A DNA stretch of 64,000 bases from Bacteroidetes bacterium GWF2_29_10 (GCA_001768555.1 MEOD01000055.1:27473-91472); one strand, 5' to 3'. Positions 49,797-59,612 are shown, counted from the first letter of the stretch. The notes: generated from the sequence alone by a model not told the origin. Numbers and translations: made by a program.

Positions 49797-50462
49797 TTAT
49801 AAAAATAATTTCAAAGAAAGATAAGCAAAATAAAGCGAAAAAAACAAGAACAATAAGGCCCAAAGTATTGAGGGAATATATGTGGAGCTTTTTAATAATG
49901 TAGCATCTCCTGCATTACCTGGGCTTTTATATGCAATTTTTATTAAGTTATAATTTGAGATAAATGTTTCTATTAACATGATGCAACTTATTGTTATTGT
50001 AAAAATAGCTATTATTAAATCATTTTCATTATATATAACAAGCACAGATAATGCGGAAAATAATATAATCCATATAATCCCATAGACATTTCGTACCCAG
50101 AATGTAATATTAATTATTGCTACAAATAAGATTAAATATAATATCACTAAATATAACTCTAATTTTAAAAGATAAAGAAATAAATATGACATAATAGCAA
50201 CAAAAGGGTAACCTGCTAAAGCTATAAAAAATGTACTGAATTTGCTTGCCCCATTGATTTTTATTAATCCAGATGTGTCTTTTAGTAATTCAATTCTATA
50301 TATCTCTGAATTAAATAAAAGAGCCATTATGGCATGACCTGTTTCATGAAATAATGTATTAATAATTCTTATAAACTTACCTATAACTGGTATTTTTATT
50401 AAAAAAATAGATAATACAAATAATAATAAAAAAATTAAATATAAATTATCTTTTAAATTCAC
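49797..50462 (-). CDS. polytopic M50-like metallopeptidase family membrane protein
   Basis: HETGHAIM (HExxH) within a TM helix, and about 6 TM segments. It lies 4 nt downstream of the Rrf2 gene. Confidence 0.5.
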   Translation of the reverse strand: MNLKDNLYLIFLLLFVLSIFLIKIPVIGKFIRIINTLFHETGHAIMALLFNSEIYRIELLKDTSGLIKINGASKFSTFFIALAGYPFVAIMSYLFLYLLKLELYLVILYLILFVAIINITFWVRNVYGIIWIILFSALSVLVIYNENDLIIAIFTITISCIMLIETFISNYNLIKIAYKSPGNAGDATLLKSSTYIPSILWALLFLFFSLYFAYLSLKLFL

Positions 50463-50466
50463 AATA

Positions 50467-50877
50467 TTAGCTTATAAAGTCTTTTAATGTTGTGTTATTT
50501 AAATATTCGTTGAATTTTTGACTCATTTTACCTATAACGTTTGACATAATGCAGCGATCAAAAGGGCATACTGTTTTTCCCATGGGGCATCCTTCACTTT
50601 CAATGGGTCCTTCTATGCAAACGTATATGTTTGCTAAAGTAATTTCTTCAGGCTTTTTCTTTATCAAATATCCTCCTGTAGGTCCTCTATTTGCTTTAAG
50701 AAAACCTTCTTTAACTAATCTTTGTAAAATTTTTGCTAAATGATTTTTTGAAGCACCAGTAAATTCTGCAATTTGATTAACATTTAACATTTTATCTGCT
50801 TGAGCAATTAGCACCATACTATGTAATGCTAACGATACAGCCTCTGATAGTTGGAAAATTTTTGACATAAAAAACAA
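50467..50877 (-). CDS. Rrf2-family transcriptional regulator
   Basis: The wHTH region is SEAVSLALHSMVLIAQ...NQIAEFTGASKNHLAKILQRLVKEGFLKANRGPTGGY. C-terminal Cys residues (CIEGPIESEGCPMGKTVCPFDRC) suggest cluster ligation. The true start may be the MSKIF Met. Confidence 0.8.
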   Translation of the reverse strand: MFFMSKIFQLSEAVSLALHSMVLIAQADKMLNVNQIAEFTGASKNHLAKILQRLVKEGFLKANRGPTGGYLIKKKPEEITLANIYVCIEGPIESEGCPMGKTVCPFDRCIMSNVIGKMSQKFNEYLNNTTLKDFIS

Positions 50878-51088
50878 CCTAATTCTTTAAATTTAGACAA
50901 TCAAAATTAATAAATATTTTAATACTAAATTGTTTTTTTATGATTTTATTTAAAATAGTAAAAAAAAGAACATGTTTTAAAATACTCATTTTTCATTTAT
51001 AAAAAATAGGCTTATGAACAAATTAAAAAAAATGTAATTTTGGATTTTTATTTGATAATCAATATACTTTTGAATAACAATCAATAGA

Positions 51089-52102
51089 ATGAGCAAACAT
51101 TACACAATTCCTATATTCATACCAGAACTTGCGTGTCCGAATCAGTGTATTTATTGTAATCAAAGAAATATATCAGGACAAAATAATTCTCCGTCAATTG
51201 AAGAAGTGGAATATACAATAGAAAATCATTTAAAAACAATTGATTTTAAAAATAATTACACAGAGATTGGTTTCTTTGGTGGTAATTTTACAGGTATTGA
51301 TGTAAATATGCAGATTGATTATCTAAAAAAAGCTTTTCAATATATTGAAAAAGGTTTTGTTAAATCAATAAGACTTTCAACTCGTCCAGATTATATTGAT
51401 CAAGATAAATTAAATGTATTAAAGTTATATGGTGTAAAAACAATAGAACTTGGAGTGCAATCAACAGACAAAGATGTTTTGATTAAATCAGATCGAGGAT
51501 ATTCCCCCAAGGACATACATGATGCCTCTGTAATAATAAAAAACAATGGATTTGATTTGGGACTTCAAATGATGATAGGCTTACCTGAAGATAATTACAA
51601 AAAAGCTATTAAAACAGCAGAGACAATAATTTCATTAAAAGCAGATTGTACTAGGATATATCCAACACTTGTTATAAAAGACACAAAACTTAAAGAATTT
51701 TATGAAAAAAACTTATATAAACCATTGTCTATAAATAAGGCTGTAATTATATGCAAAGAGATAACATTATTGTTTGAAAGAGCAAATATTCCTATTATAA
51801 AAATGGGACTTCATCCGTCTGAAGGTCTTATAAACAAAACAAATTTAATTGCAGGTCCATTCCACCTTTCTTTTAGAGAACTAGTTTACACTGCTATATG
51901 GAATGATATTTTTAAAAATAATATTGATTTTTCTAATTCCTTTAATAAAATTATACATATAGAAGTTGCATCAGAGCAATTTAATTATGCAATAGGTTAT
52001 AGTGCTTATAATAAAAATAAGCTAAGCAAACGTTTTAAAAAAGTATATTTTAAAGCAAATAAAGATTTATTAAAAAGAAAAATGCATGTTAGCTATAGTT
52101 GA
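51089..52102 (+). CDS. radical SAM protein (ELP3-like core, no GNAT domain)
   Basis: CPNQCIYCN (CxxxCxxC), then a TIM-barrel-like region (GFFGGNFTG, RLSTRPD, ELGVQS). Confidence 0.8.
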   Translation: MSKHYTIPIFIPELACPNQCIYCNQRNISGQNNSPSIEEVEYTIENHLKTIDFKNNYTEIGFFGGNFTGIDVNMQIDYLKKAFQYIEKGFVKSIRLSTRPDYIDQDKLNVLKLYGVKTIELGVQSTDKDVLIKSDRGYSPKDIHDASVIIKNNGFDLGLQMMIGLPEDNYKKAIKTAETIISLKADCTRIYPTLVIKDTKLKEFYEKNLYKPLSINKAVIICKEITLLFERANIPIIKMGLHPSEGLINKTNLIAGPFHLSFRELVYTAIWNDIFKNNIDFSNSFNKIIHIEVASEQFNYAIGYSAYNKNKLSKRFKKVYFKANKDLLKRKMHVSYS

Positions 52103-52775
52103 CCACAGATTAAAAACAGAAATAAAAGAAAGGCTTTCTTTTTATGCAAAACTTATAGAGTTTAAAACTTCAGGTATAACTTATAATGCTATATCTGGAC
52201 ACCCAGATATTTTTATGTGCCAAATGGACAATCTGCTAATCTATTCTCCTTCTTTACCAATATATTATATTGATTTACTTAAATTAAATAATATAAATAT
52301 TGAAGAAGGCGAAACATTAATAGGTGAAAAATATCCATTCAATATTGCTTATAATGCTGTTGTAACTAAACATTTTTTTATACATAATTATCAATACACT
52401 GATCCTGTAATAATAAAAAATATAAAGGAAAGAAAAGTTATAAATGTTAAGCAAGGATATACTCGTTGTAGTATATTGCCAGTTAATGATAATTCATTTA
52501 TTGTTAGCGATAAAGGTGTGTATGAGGTGTTAAAAAAAGAAGCAACAATTGACGTACTATTAATTAATAATGATAACATTATAATTGAAGATTTTAAAAA
52601 TGGTTTTATAGGTGGTACTGCTGGCATATGTTATAATAAATGCTTTTTTGCTGGTAATTTAAATTATCATAAGCAAGGTAATTTAATTAAGAATTTTATA
52701 AACTCTAAAAAAATAGAAATAATAGAGTTAGGAGATTATCCTTTATCTGATTGTGGAAGTATTATTTTTTTCTAA
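52086..52775 (+). CDS. hypothetical protein, coupled to the radical SAM gene
   Basis: It overlaps the radical SAM stop by 17 nt. There is weak pentein/amidinotransferase-fold flavour (GYTRCS, C-terminal LSDCGSIIFF). No firm call is made. Confidence 0.4.
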   Translation: MLAIVDHRLKTEIKERLSFYAKLIEFKTSGITYNAISGHPDIFMCQMDNLLIYSPSLPIYYIDLLKLNNINIEEGETLIGEKYPFNIAYNAVVTKHFFIHNYQYTDPVIIKNIKERKVINVKQGYTRCSILPVNDNSFIVSDKGVYEVLKKEATIDVLLINNDNIIIEDFKNGFIGGTAGICYNKCFFAGNLNYHKQGNLIKNFINSKKIEIIELGDYPLSDCGSIIFF

Positions 52776-52826
52776 TTTTTTTATCATCCTAAATTTTTCT
52801 CAATAAATCTAATCAAAGAATAATTA

Positions 52827-53144
52827 CTACAAAAATCCTAATTCTAACTTTGCATTTTCGCTCATCATATCTTTATTCCATTCAGGTTCAAAAACTATTT
52901 CTATTTCTACATTTTGTATTTCATTAATCATTCCTATACCATTTTTTATTTCGTCTGGTAAACTTTCAGCAATAGGGCAATTAGGGCTTGTTAATGTCAT
53001 TACAATTTTTACATTTTTTTCTTCATCAACATTAATCTCATAAATTAGGCCTAAATCATATATATTAACAGGAATTTCTGGATCCGTAATAGTTTTTAAT
53101 ATATCTACTATTTTGCTTTCTAATTCTAAATAATTATTTCCCAT
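52827..53144 (-). CDS. DUF59/SufT-type Fe-S cluster assembly factor
   Basis: DPEIPVNIYDLGLIY and MTLTSPNCP motifs. 105 aa. Confidence 0.7.
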   Translation of the reverse strand: MGNNYLELESKIVDILKTITDPEIPVNIYDLGLIYEINVDEEKNVKIVMTLTSPNCPIAESLPDEIKNGIGMINEIQNVEIEIVFEPEWNKDMMSENAKLELGFL

Positions 53145-53540
53145 AATTTTTTAATATTACATTATTTTTTAGTTCTGCTATATAATTGCTTAATTAAAAA
53201 AACAGACAAGGAAATTAAACATCTATTAGCGATAGCAAAAATACAAATAAACCTACAATAAAACAAATTATTATTTTTAATCTATTACTGTCACATTTCT
53301 TTAAAAATAATTAGCAATTTGATGTTATTGACCTATTAAACAATAATCGAAGATGTATTTAGTAAATTTATGATAAAACTTTAAGAATGGAGTAAAGTCC
53401 TAATTATTTAGCTTTACTTTAGAGTAATTTTTATAAAATGATTATAATATAAAAATGTTTTTTAATGCATAAAAACGAAATTCTATATGAGTAAAATTTG
53501 CTTCTATCAAAATAATATTAAATTTTGTGAAAAAAATTTA

Positions 53541-53548
53541 TATTTTTG
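53541..53548 (+). promoter_or_regulatory. Bacteroidota-type -7 box (TATTTTTG); second candidate TATATTTG at 53609-53616
   Basis: TAnnTTTG matches about 108 and about 40 nt upstream of the cheR ATG at 53656. Confidence 0.3.
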
Positions 53549-53655
53549 CATTTGATAAATTATGACAATTACGCATTATAACGTATTATAGTGCTTCTAT
53601 ATAAATAATATATTTGACAAATTAAAAAAAATCTTTATTTTATAGTTTACAAAGG

Positions 53656-54483
53656 ATGATACAAGATATTGATATAAAAGAATTACGAAACTTAATCGCC
53701 ACAATTAAAGAGATTTACAGATACGATTTTAGTAATTATGCAATTTCTTCATTTAAAAGAAGGATTTTAAGAATATTGGAATTGTATAAAATATCAGGCG
53801 TAGAAGAGTTAATAACCAAAATAAAAACTAACAGAATGTTTTTAGAGGAGGTTATAAAAGAAATTACAGTAAACACAACAGAAATGTTTAGAGATCCTTC
53901 AATGTGGAGGACTTTAAGAGAAACAATTCTGCCTCAATTTAAAAACAATAACACAATAAGAATATGGCATGCTGCATGTAGTTCTGGCGAAGAAGTTTAT
54001 TCTATGGGGATTTTATTAAAAGAGGCAGGATTAAGTGAAAAAACATCAATATTTGCTTCAGATATAAATGAAGATGTTTTGAAAACGGCAAAACAAGGAA
54101 TATATCCGACAAGGACATTAGAGCTAAATATGAGTAATTACGAAAGATTTGCAGGTATTGGTAAACTATCAGATTACTATAAATTAATTGATAATAATGA
54201 AAAATATGTTTTTGACAAGTCTATATTGAAAAACGTCATGTTTAGGACACATGATTTGGTTTTAGATGAATCATTCTCTAAATTTGATATTATTTTATGT
54301 AGAAATGTAATGATATATTTTAATTTTGAATTGCAGGATAAGGTTGTTCAATTATTTGAAAATAGTTTGTTTACTGGAGGCTATTTAGTTTTAGGATCCA
54401 AAGAAACAATAGCATGGTGCAAATCTGCAAAAAGTTTCTCTGTAGTAAATGTTGAGGATAAAATTTATAAGAAGATAGGATAG
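53656..54483 (+). CDS. cheR: CheR-type protein-glutamate O-methyltransferase
   Basis: N-terminal helical domain plus TEMFRDP, IWHAACSSGEEVYSMGI and ILCRNVMIYFN. Confidence 0.85.
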   Translation: MIQDIDIKELRNLIATIKEIYRYDFSNYAISSFKRRILRILELYKISGVEELITKIKTNRMFLEEVIKEITVNTTEMFRDPSMWRTLRETILPQFKNNNTIRIWHAACSSGEEVYSMGILLKEAGLSEKTSIFASDINEDVLKTAKQGIYPTRTLELNMSNYERFAGIGKLSDYYKLIDNNEKYVFDKSILKNVMFRTHDLVLDESFSKFDIILCRNVMIYFNFELQDKVVQLFENSLFTGGYLVLGSKETIAWCKSAKSFSVVNVEDKIYKKIG

Positions 54484-54488
54484 TATTA

Positions 54489-55070
54489 ATGCAAAATATA
54501 GATTTTACAAAATATAGAGTTGTCGTTATAGGGGGGTCGGCTGGCAGTTTTCCTGTTATAACAAAAATATTAGGAATGTTAAATAGTGATTTTCCATTGC
54601 CAATACTGCTTTGTTTGCATAGACTAAAACATATACGTAATGGTTTTGTCGAGGCATTAAATATTAAATCTAACATACATGTAATAGAACCTGAAGATAA
54701 GACTATGATTAAATCTGGATTTGCATATCTTGCCCCATCAAATTATCATTTAACAATAGAAATAGGTAACTATATTTCATTGACAACGGAGGAGTTGATA
54801 AATTTTTCTCGTCCTTCAATAGACTTGTCTTTTGATTCAGCATCTTATGTTTATAAAGACCGACTTATTGGTATTATTTTATCAGGAGCAAATAAAGATG
54901 GAGCAAAAGGCATGTGCAGGATAAAAAGCAGAGGAGGCTTAAGTATTATACAAGACCCTGTAGAAGCGTCTGTAAAAACAATGCCAGAGTCAGTTTTATC
55001 AATATGCAAACCTGATATGGTATTAAAAACAGATGGAATAATAGAATTATTAAATAAAATTAAAAAATAG
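54489..55070 (+). CDS. CheB-type methylesterase catalytic domain only (no receiver domain)
   Basis: VVVIGGSAGS (Ser), LCLHRLKH (His) and LSGANKDGAKG (Asp) sit at the expected spacing. It starts 6 nt after the cheR stop. Confidence 0.75.
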   Translation: MQNIDFTKYRVVVIGGSAGSFPVITKILGMLNSDFPLPILLCLHRLKHIRNGFVEALNIKSNIHVIEPEDKTMIKSGFAYLAPSNYHLTIEIGNYISLTTEELINFSRPSIDLSFDSASYVYKDRLIGIILSGANKDGAKGMCRIKSRGGLSIIQDPVEASVKTMPESVLSICKPDMVLKTDGIIELLNKIKK

Positions 55071-55075
55071 AAGTT

Positions 55076-55669
55076 ATGGGTATTTTAAGTATGTTGTCAA
55101 TAAAAAGGCAAAATATAAAAAGCTCCTTCCAACAAAATGGAGAAAACCAAACTATGAGTAAACAAAATATATCTGACAAAATAGATTATACTAATGAGAT
55201 AGAAAGAATAAAAAACAAAGTAAACAATATTGATAATTTAAAAGATTATGCTTCATTCTTATTATCTTCTATCTCAAAAACAATAGAGGCATCTCAATGT
55301 GCTTTTTTTATATCTACAGAGAAAAATGATATACAATATATTTCTTTTTTATGTGGATTTGCATATCATTTAGCAGAAACAGAAGTTAAGGAATATGAAT
55401 TTGGAGAAGGACTTTCTGGGCAAGTAGCAAAAGAGAGAAAGCGTGTTAATATAAAAAATGTACCTGATGGATACATAAATATAATATCTGGTTTAGGAAG
55501 TGCTAGTCCTAGAAACTTATTAATACTTCCAATAATAGAAAATGACGAAGTTATAGCTGTTGTAGAAATCGCATCATTTAAAGAAATTAAAGAAGAGGAA
55601 GAAATTTTCATAGATCTTTTATTTAGCACATTATCAAACAAGATAAAAGAATTAAAAGATAAAATTTAA
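55076..55669 (+). CDS. stand-alone GAF-domain protein
   Basis: It shares motifs with the two large GAF proteins: GEGLSGQ, YINIISGLG, LILPII and AVVEIASF. Confidence 0.65.
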   Translation: MGILSMLSIKRQNIKSSFQQNGENQTMSKQNISDKIDYTNEIERIKNKVNNIDNLKDYASFLLSSISKTIEASQCAFFISTEKNDIQYISFLCGFAYHLAETEVKEYEFGEGLSGQVAKERKRVNIKNVPDGYINIISGLGSASPRNLLILPIIENDEVIAVVEIASFKEIKEEEEIFIDLLFSTLSNKIKELKDKI

Positions 55670-55710
55670 TGTATTTTTAATAAGGAATAAAGTTCTTAAA
55701 ATTATATAAA

Positions 55711-58356
55711 ATGGGAAATGACAAAAATGACAATGTAAATAGAAAGATAGTTAAATCTGTAAAGGACGATACCATCAAAAGTGTTTTATATGGTCTTTTA
55801 ATTAGTTTTATAATAATAATAATAGAAATGTATAGTAGAATTGGTTCTATAGATTTTAGTTCTATTTTTTATGCATACCAACAAGATTCTTTATTTTTTT
55901 GGATATATATATTTCCATTTGTTCTAGGTACTGTTATGATGTTTTATTCATATAAAAAAAATAAAGAAAAATTCATATTAAATGAAAAAATAGCAGAACA
56001 ACAAGCAATAATAGCAAGAAACGTTGAATTTGCAGAAAGAATTGGCAAAGGAGAATTTGATGTAGATATTGAAATTATAGATGATGATAAATTAGGAAAA
56101 GCATTAATTACAATGCTAGACAATTTAATAGAAAACGAAAAACGAGAAGAAGAACGCAATAGTATAATTTCAATGACGTCAGATGTTGGAACTTTACTAA
56201 GAATGCATAATGATTTAAAAATTTTATCCGAAGAAGTTGTTGCATATATTACAAAAAAGATTAATGCAGTACAAGGAGCTTTTTATGTAGTAAATGATGA
56301 TGATTCTAATGATGTTTATATTGAGCTAATATCAAGCTATGCATATAACAAAAAAAAATATCTTAAAGGAAAATATAAATTTGCCCAAGGTTTAATAGGA
56401 CAAGCAGCAATAGAAAAAGACAAAATACTACGTACAGAAATACCTTATGATTATGTAACTATTACTTCTGGCTTGTTAGGTGATAGAAGACCTTCTTGTT
56501 TGCTAATAGTTCCTTTAATTACAAATGAAACGGTTTATGGAGTAATAGAGTTTGCTGGTTTTGAATTATTTTCACAAATGCATATAAAATTTGTTGAAGA
56601 ACTTAGTGATATTATAGCAAGAACTATTTTTAACGTAAAGGTAAACGAAAGAACTTTAAAATTGCTTAAAGAATCTCAAGAGATGAGTAAAGAACTTCGT
56701 GAGCAGCGAGAGCAATTACTGTTAAACGCAGAAGAAATGGAGGCTACTCAAGAGGAATTAAAATATTCAAATGATTTACTAGAAAAGCAAATACAAGAAG
56801 TTAAAAACAGCCAAAAGAGGTTGCAAGTTTTATTAGAAAATTCATCAGAAATAATTACCATATATAAAGAAAATAGAAATATTAAATATATAAGTCCATC
56901 TGTACTTACAATATTAGGGTTTATTCAAGAGAGCCTAATTGATAAAAGCCTTTTAGAGAATATACATGAAGAAGATGTGGAAAAAGTTGACAAAATGTTT
57001 GACAACTTAATAAATAGACCTCAAGAAAAACTTACTATCCAATATAGATTTAAAAGAAAGGGAGGCGATTATATATGGCTAGAGGCTACAGGTAAAAATT
57101 TAATAAAAGATCCTGTAATAAATGGGATAATATTTAATAGTCAAGATATTACTATTAGGATAATGGCGGAAAAAGAACAAAGAATGAGAGGTCAAATGCA
57201 AGCTCTTTCTGAGAATTCGCCCGATTTAATTACACGAATAGGTATTAGTGGTAAAATATTTTATATAAATCCAGTTATAGAAAAATTAACGGGTTTAAAT
57301 AAGGAAGAGTTTATCAATAAATCATATAAAGATGTTAGTTTGTCTAAAGACATGATTTTAATTTGGGGAAGCATATTAGCTGATACCATTAACTTAAACA
57401 CTAAAGTTGAGCGTGAAATTATTTTTAAAGTACTAGAAGAAGAAATAATTATGCAAATAAATTCTATTCCCGAATATGGACAAGATGGGAATATTGAATC
57501 AATACTTATTGTTGCTCATGATATTACTCAAAGAAAAATATTTGAATTAGAAATACAAAAGAAAAATAAAGATATAACTGAAAGTATAAATTACGCACAA
57601 AGAATACAAAGTTCATTATTACCAACACCTAAAATTTTGAAAGAACATATAGATTCTTTTATGTTTTTTAAACCAAAGGATGTCGTTTCTGGTGATTTTC
57701 CTTGGATATACAAACGTGAGAATATTTTATATGTAGCAGCAGTAGACTGTACAGGTCATGGTGTGCCAGGAGCTTTAATGTCATTTATTGGTCATTTTTC
57801 TTTAAACCAGATAATGAGTGAAAATGAAAACTGGGATTCTCTTAAGGAAAAAGATATTTCTATTTCACCTGCAAATATTTTAGATAAATTGCATACTATG
57901 GTACAAAAAACATTAAAGCAAGGGAACGGGGACAGTGAAGCAAGAGATGGTATGGATATTTCTTTGTGTAAAATAAATATATTAACAAAGGAAGTTCAGT
58001 ATGCAGGAGCACATAGGCCTTTATTTGTATTACAAAAAGGAGAACTTATAGAAATAAAAGGTGACAGATATCCAATAGGTGGGATGCATTATAAAAATAG
58101 GGCAGATTTTACAAATCATTCCATAAATCTTGAAAAAGGAGATAGTTTCTATTTTTACACAGATGGTTTACCTGACCAATTTGGGGGCTCTAATGGGGAC
58201 AAAAAATTTATGACAAAAAAAATAAAAGAGATTATATTATCAAATAAAAATACAAATATGAAAGAAATGAAAAATATATTTATAAGAGATTTTGAAGCAT
58301 GGAAAGGTGATTATAAACAAATGGATGATGTATTATTGATAGGAATAAAACTATAA
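55711..58356 (+). CDS. membrane sensor PP2C/SpoIIE phosphatase (TM - HAMP-like - GAF - coil - 2x PAS - PP2C), SiaA-like
   Basis: Two TM helices, GAF (YVTITSGLLG, IVPLIT, GVIEFAGF), the coil NAEEMEATQEELK, PAS repeats, and PP2C motifs (AQRIQSSLLP, SGDFPW, AAVDCTGHGVPGALMS, TDGLPDQFG). Confidence 0.8.
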   Translation: MGNDKNDNVNRKIVKSVKDDTIKSVLYGLLISFIIIIIEMYSRIGSIDFSSIFYAYQQDSLFFWIYIFPFVLGTVMMFYSYKKNKEKFILNEKIAEQQAIIARNVEFAERIGKGEFDVDIEIIDDDKLGKALITMLDNLIENEKREEERNSIISMTSDVGTLLRMHNDLKILSEEVVAYITKKINAVQGAFYVVNDDDSNDVYIELISSYAYNKKKYLKGKYKFAQGLIGQAAIEKDKILRTEIPYDYVTITSGLLGDRRPSCLLIVPLITNETVYGVIEFAGFELFSQMHIKFVEELSDIIARTIFNVKVNERTLKLLKESQEMSKELREQREQLLLNAEEMEATQEELKYSNDLLEKQIQEVKNSQKRLQVLLENSSEIITIYKENRNIKYISPSVLTILGFIQESLIDKSLLENIHEEDVEKVDKMFDNLINRPQEKLTIQYRFKRKGGDYIWLEATGKNLIKDPVINGIIFNSQDITIRIMAEKEQRMRGQMQALSENSPDLITRIGISGKIFYINPVIEKLTGLNKEEFINKSYKDVSLSKDMILIWGSILADTINLNTKVEREIIFKVLEEEIIMQINSIPEYGQDGNIESILIVAHDITQRKIFELEIQKKNKDITESINYAQRIQSSLLPTPKILKEHIDSFMFFKPKDVVSGDFPWIYKRENILYVAAVDCTGHGVPGALMSFIGHFSLNQIMSENENWDSLKEKDISISPANILDKLHTMVQKTLKQGNGDSEARDGMDISLCKINILTKEVQYAGAHRPLFVLQKGELIEIKGDRYPIGGMHYKNRADFTNHSINLEKGDSFYFYTDGLPDQFGGSNGDKKFMTKKIKEIILSNKNTNMKEMKNIFIRDFEAWKGDYKQMDDVLLIGIKL

Positions 58357-58406
58357 GATTAAAACAGGACAGTATAAGATGTATTAACTATATTAACATA
58401 ACGTGT

Positions 58407-58973
58407 ATGATAAATAATGAAAGCATAATTGAAAGTAAAGCTATTTACGAATTTTATAAAAACATGCAAAAAGAAAATGTAATGCTTTTATATCAAGGAG
58501 ATGTAAACCAAAGCTTGCTTAATGCAATATTATCAATAACAGAAGGGAAATTAGACACAAATGAAAATGGCTCAGCAAAGAAAAGGGTTTTAAATATAAT
58601 GGTTGAATGTGTTCAAAATATATACAAACATTATGAACATTTAGAGCAAAACATTAAAAATGATTACTCTTCTATACTTATGTTAGCTTTAAATGAAGAT
58701 AAATATATAATTTCTACAGGAAATGTTATTTTTAATGATAAAGTTGAACTTATAAAAAATAAACTCGACAATGTAAATAGCTTAGACAAAGAAGGATTAA
58801 AATCTTTGTATATGGAAATCATGAAAAATGGAAAAATTTCAGAAAAAGGTGGAGCAGGATTAGGATTAATTGACATAGCAAGAAAATCTGGAGAAAAAAT
58901 AGAATATCATTTTAGTAAAATTAGTGAAACTTATTCTTACTATATTTTGGTTATAAAAATAAAAAAAAAATAA
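58407..58973 (+). CDS. SiaB-like GHKL serine/threonine kinase (anti-sigma-factor-type ATPase), copy 1
   Basis: N box ECVQNIYKH and G2 box KGGAGLGLIDIARKSG. 188 aa. Confidence 0.6.
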   Translation: MINNESIIESKAIYEFYKNMQKENVMLLYQGDVNQSLLNAILSITEGKLDTNENGSAKKRVLNIMVECVQNIYKHYEHLEQNIKNDYSSILMLALNEDKYIISTGNVIFNDKVELIKNKLDNVNSLDKEGLKSLYMEIMKNGKISEKGGAGLGLIDIARKSGEKIEYHFSKISETYSYYILVIKIKKK

Positions 58974-59007
58974 TATATTTGTGTTTTAATTAATAACATT
59001 AGGAATT

Positions 59008-59586
59008 ATGAGTAATTTAGAAGATCTGAAAAATGCTGCTACTCCACTCAATTTTATATATAAACTTCATGAAGGAATGATGTCAAAAAATTTAAAACTT
59101 ATATATGAAGGAGATTTTTCGCAAGATATACTCAAAGCAGTATTAAGTATGACCGAAAAACAGCTAGAATCAATTGGGGAAGATGGAAAAATTAAAAAGA
59201 AAGTATTTAATATAATGGTAGAATGTTTACAAAATATATGTAAGCACACAGAAGATAACAAAATCAAAATCAACCATAAGTCTGCTATATTTATGGTTGG
59301 CTTTGAAAATGAAGAATACTTTATTTGTACAGGAAATCCAATAAAGCAGGAAAACGTAGAATTATTAAAGATGAAACTTGCTGAAATAAATAATTTAGAT
59401 AAAGAAGGATTAAAAGCTCTTTATATGGAGGTGGTTTCAAGAGGAGCTATTTCTGATAGGGGTGGGGCAGGATTAGGATTAATTGATATAGCAAGAAAAT
59501 CAGGAAAAAAATTAGAGTATTCATTTGAAGAAATGGAAAAAGATTATTTATTTTTTTCATTATTAATTAGAATACCTAGAAACTAA
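59008..59586 (+). CDS. SiaB-like GHKL serine/threonine kinase, copy 2 (tandem paralog)
   Basis: ECLQNICKH and RGGAGLGLIDIARKSG motifs. It is roughly half identical to copy 1 by eye. Confidence 0.6.
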   Translation: MSNLEDLKNAATPLNFIYKLHEGMMSKNLKLIYEGDFSQDILKAVLSMTEKQLESIGEDGKIKKKVFNIMVECLQNICKHTEDNKIKINHKSAIFMVGFENEEYFICTGNPIKQENVELLKMKLAEINNLDKEGLKALYMEVVSRGAISDRGGAGLGLIDIARKSGKKLEYSFEEMEKDYLFFSLLIRIPRN

Positions 59587-59612
59587 AAGAAATAACAATA
59601 AATATAAATAAT

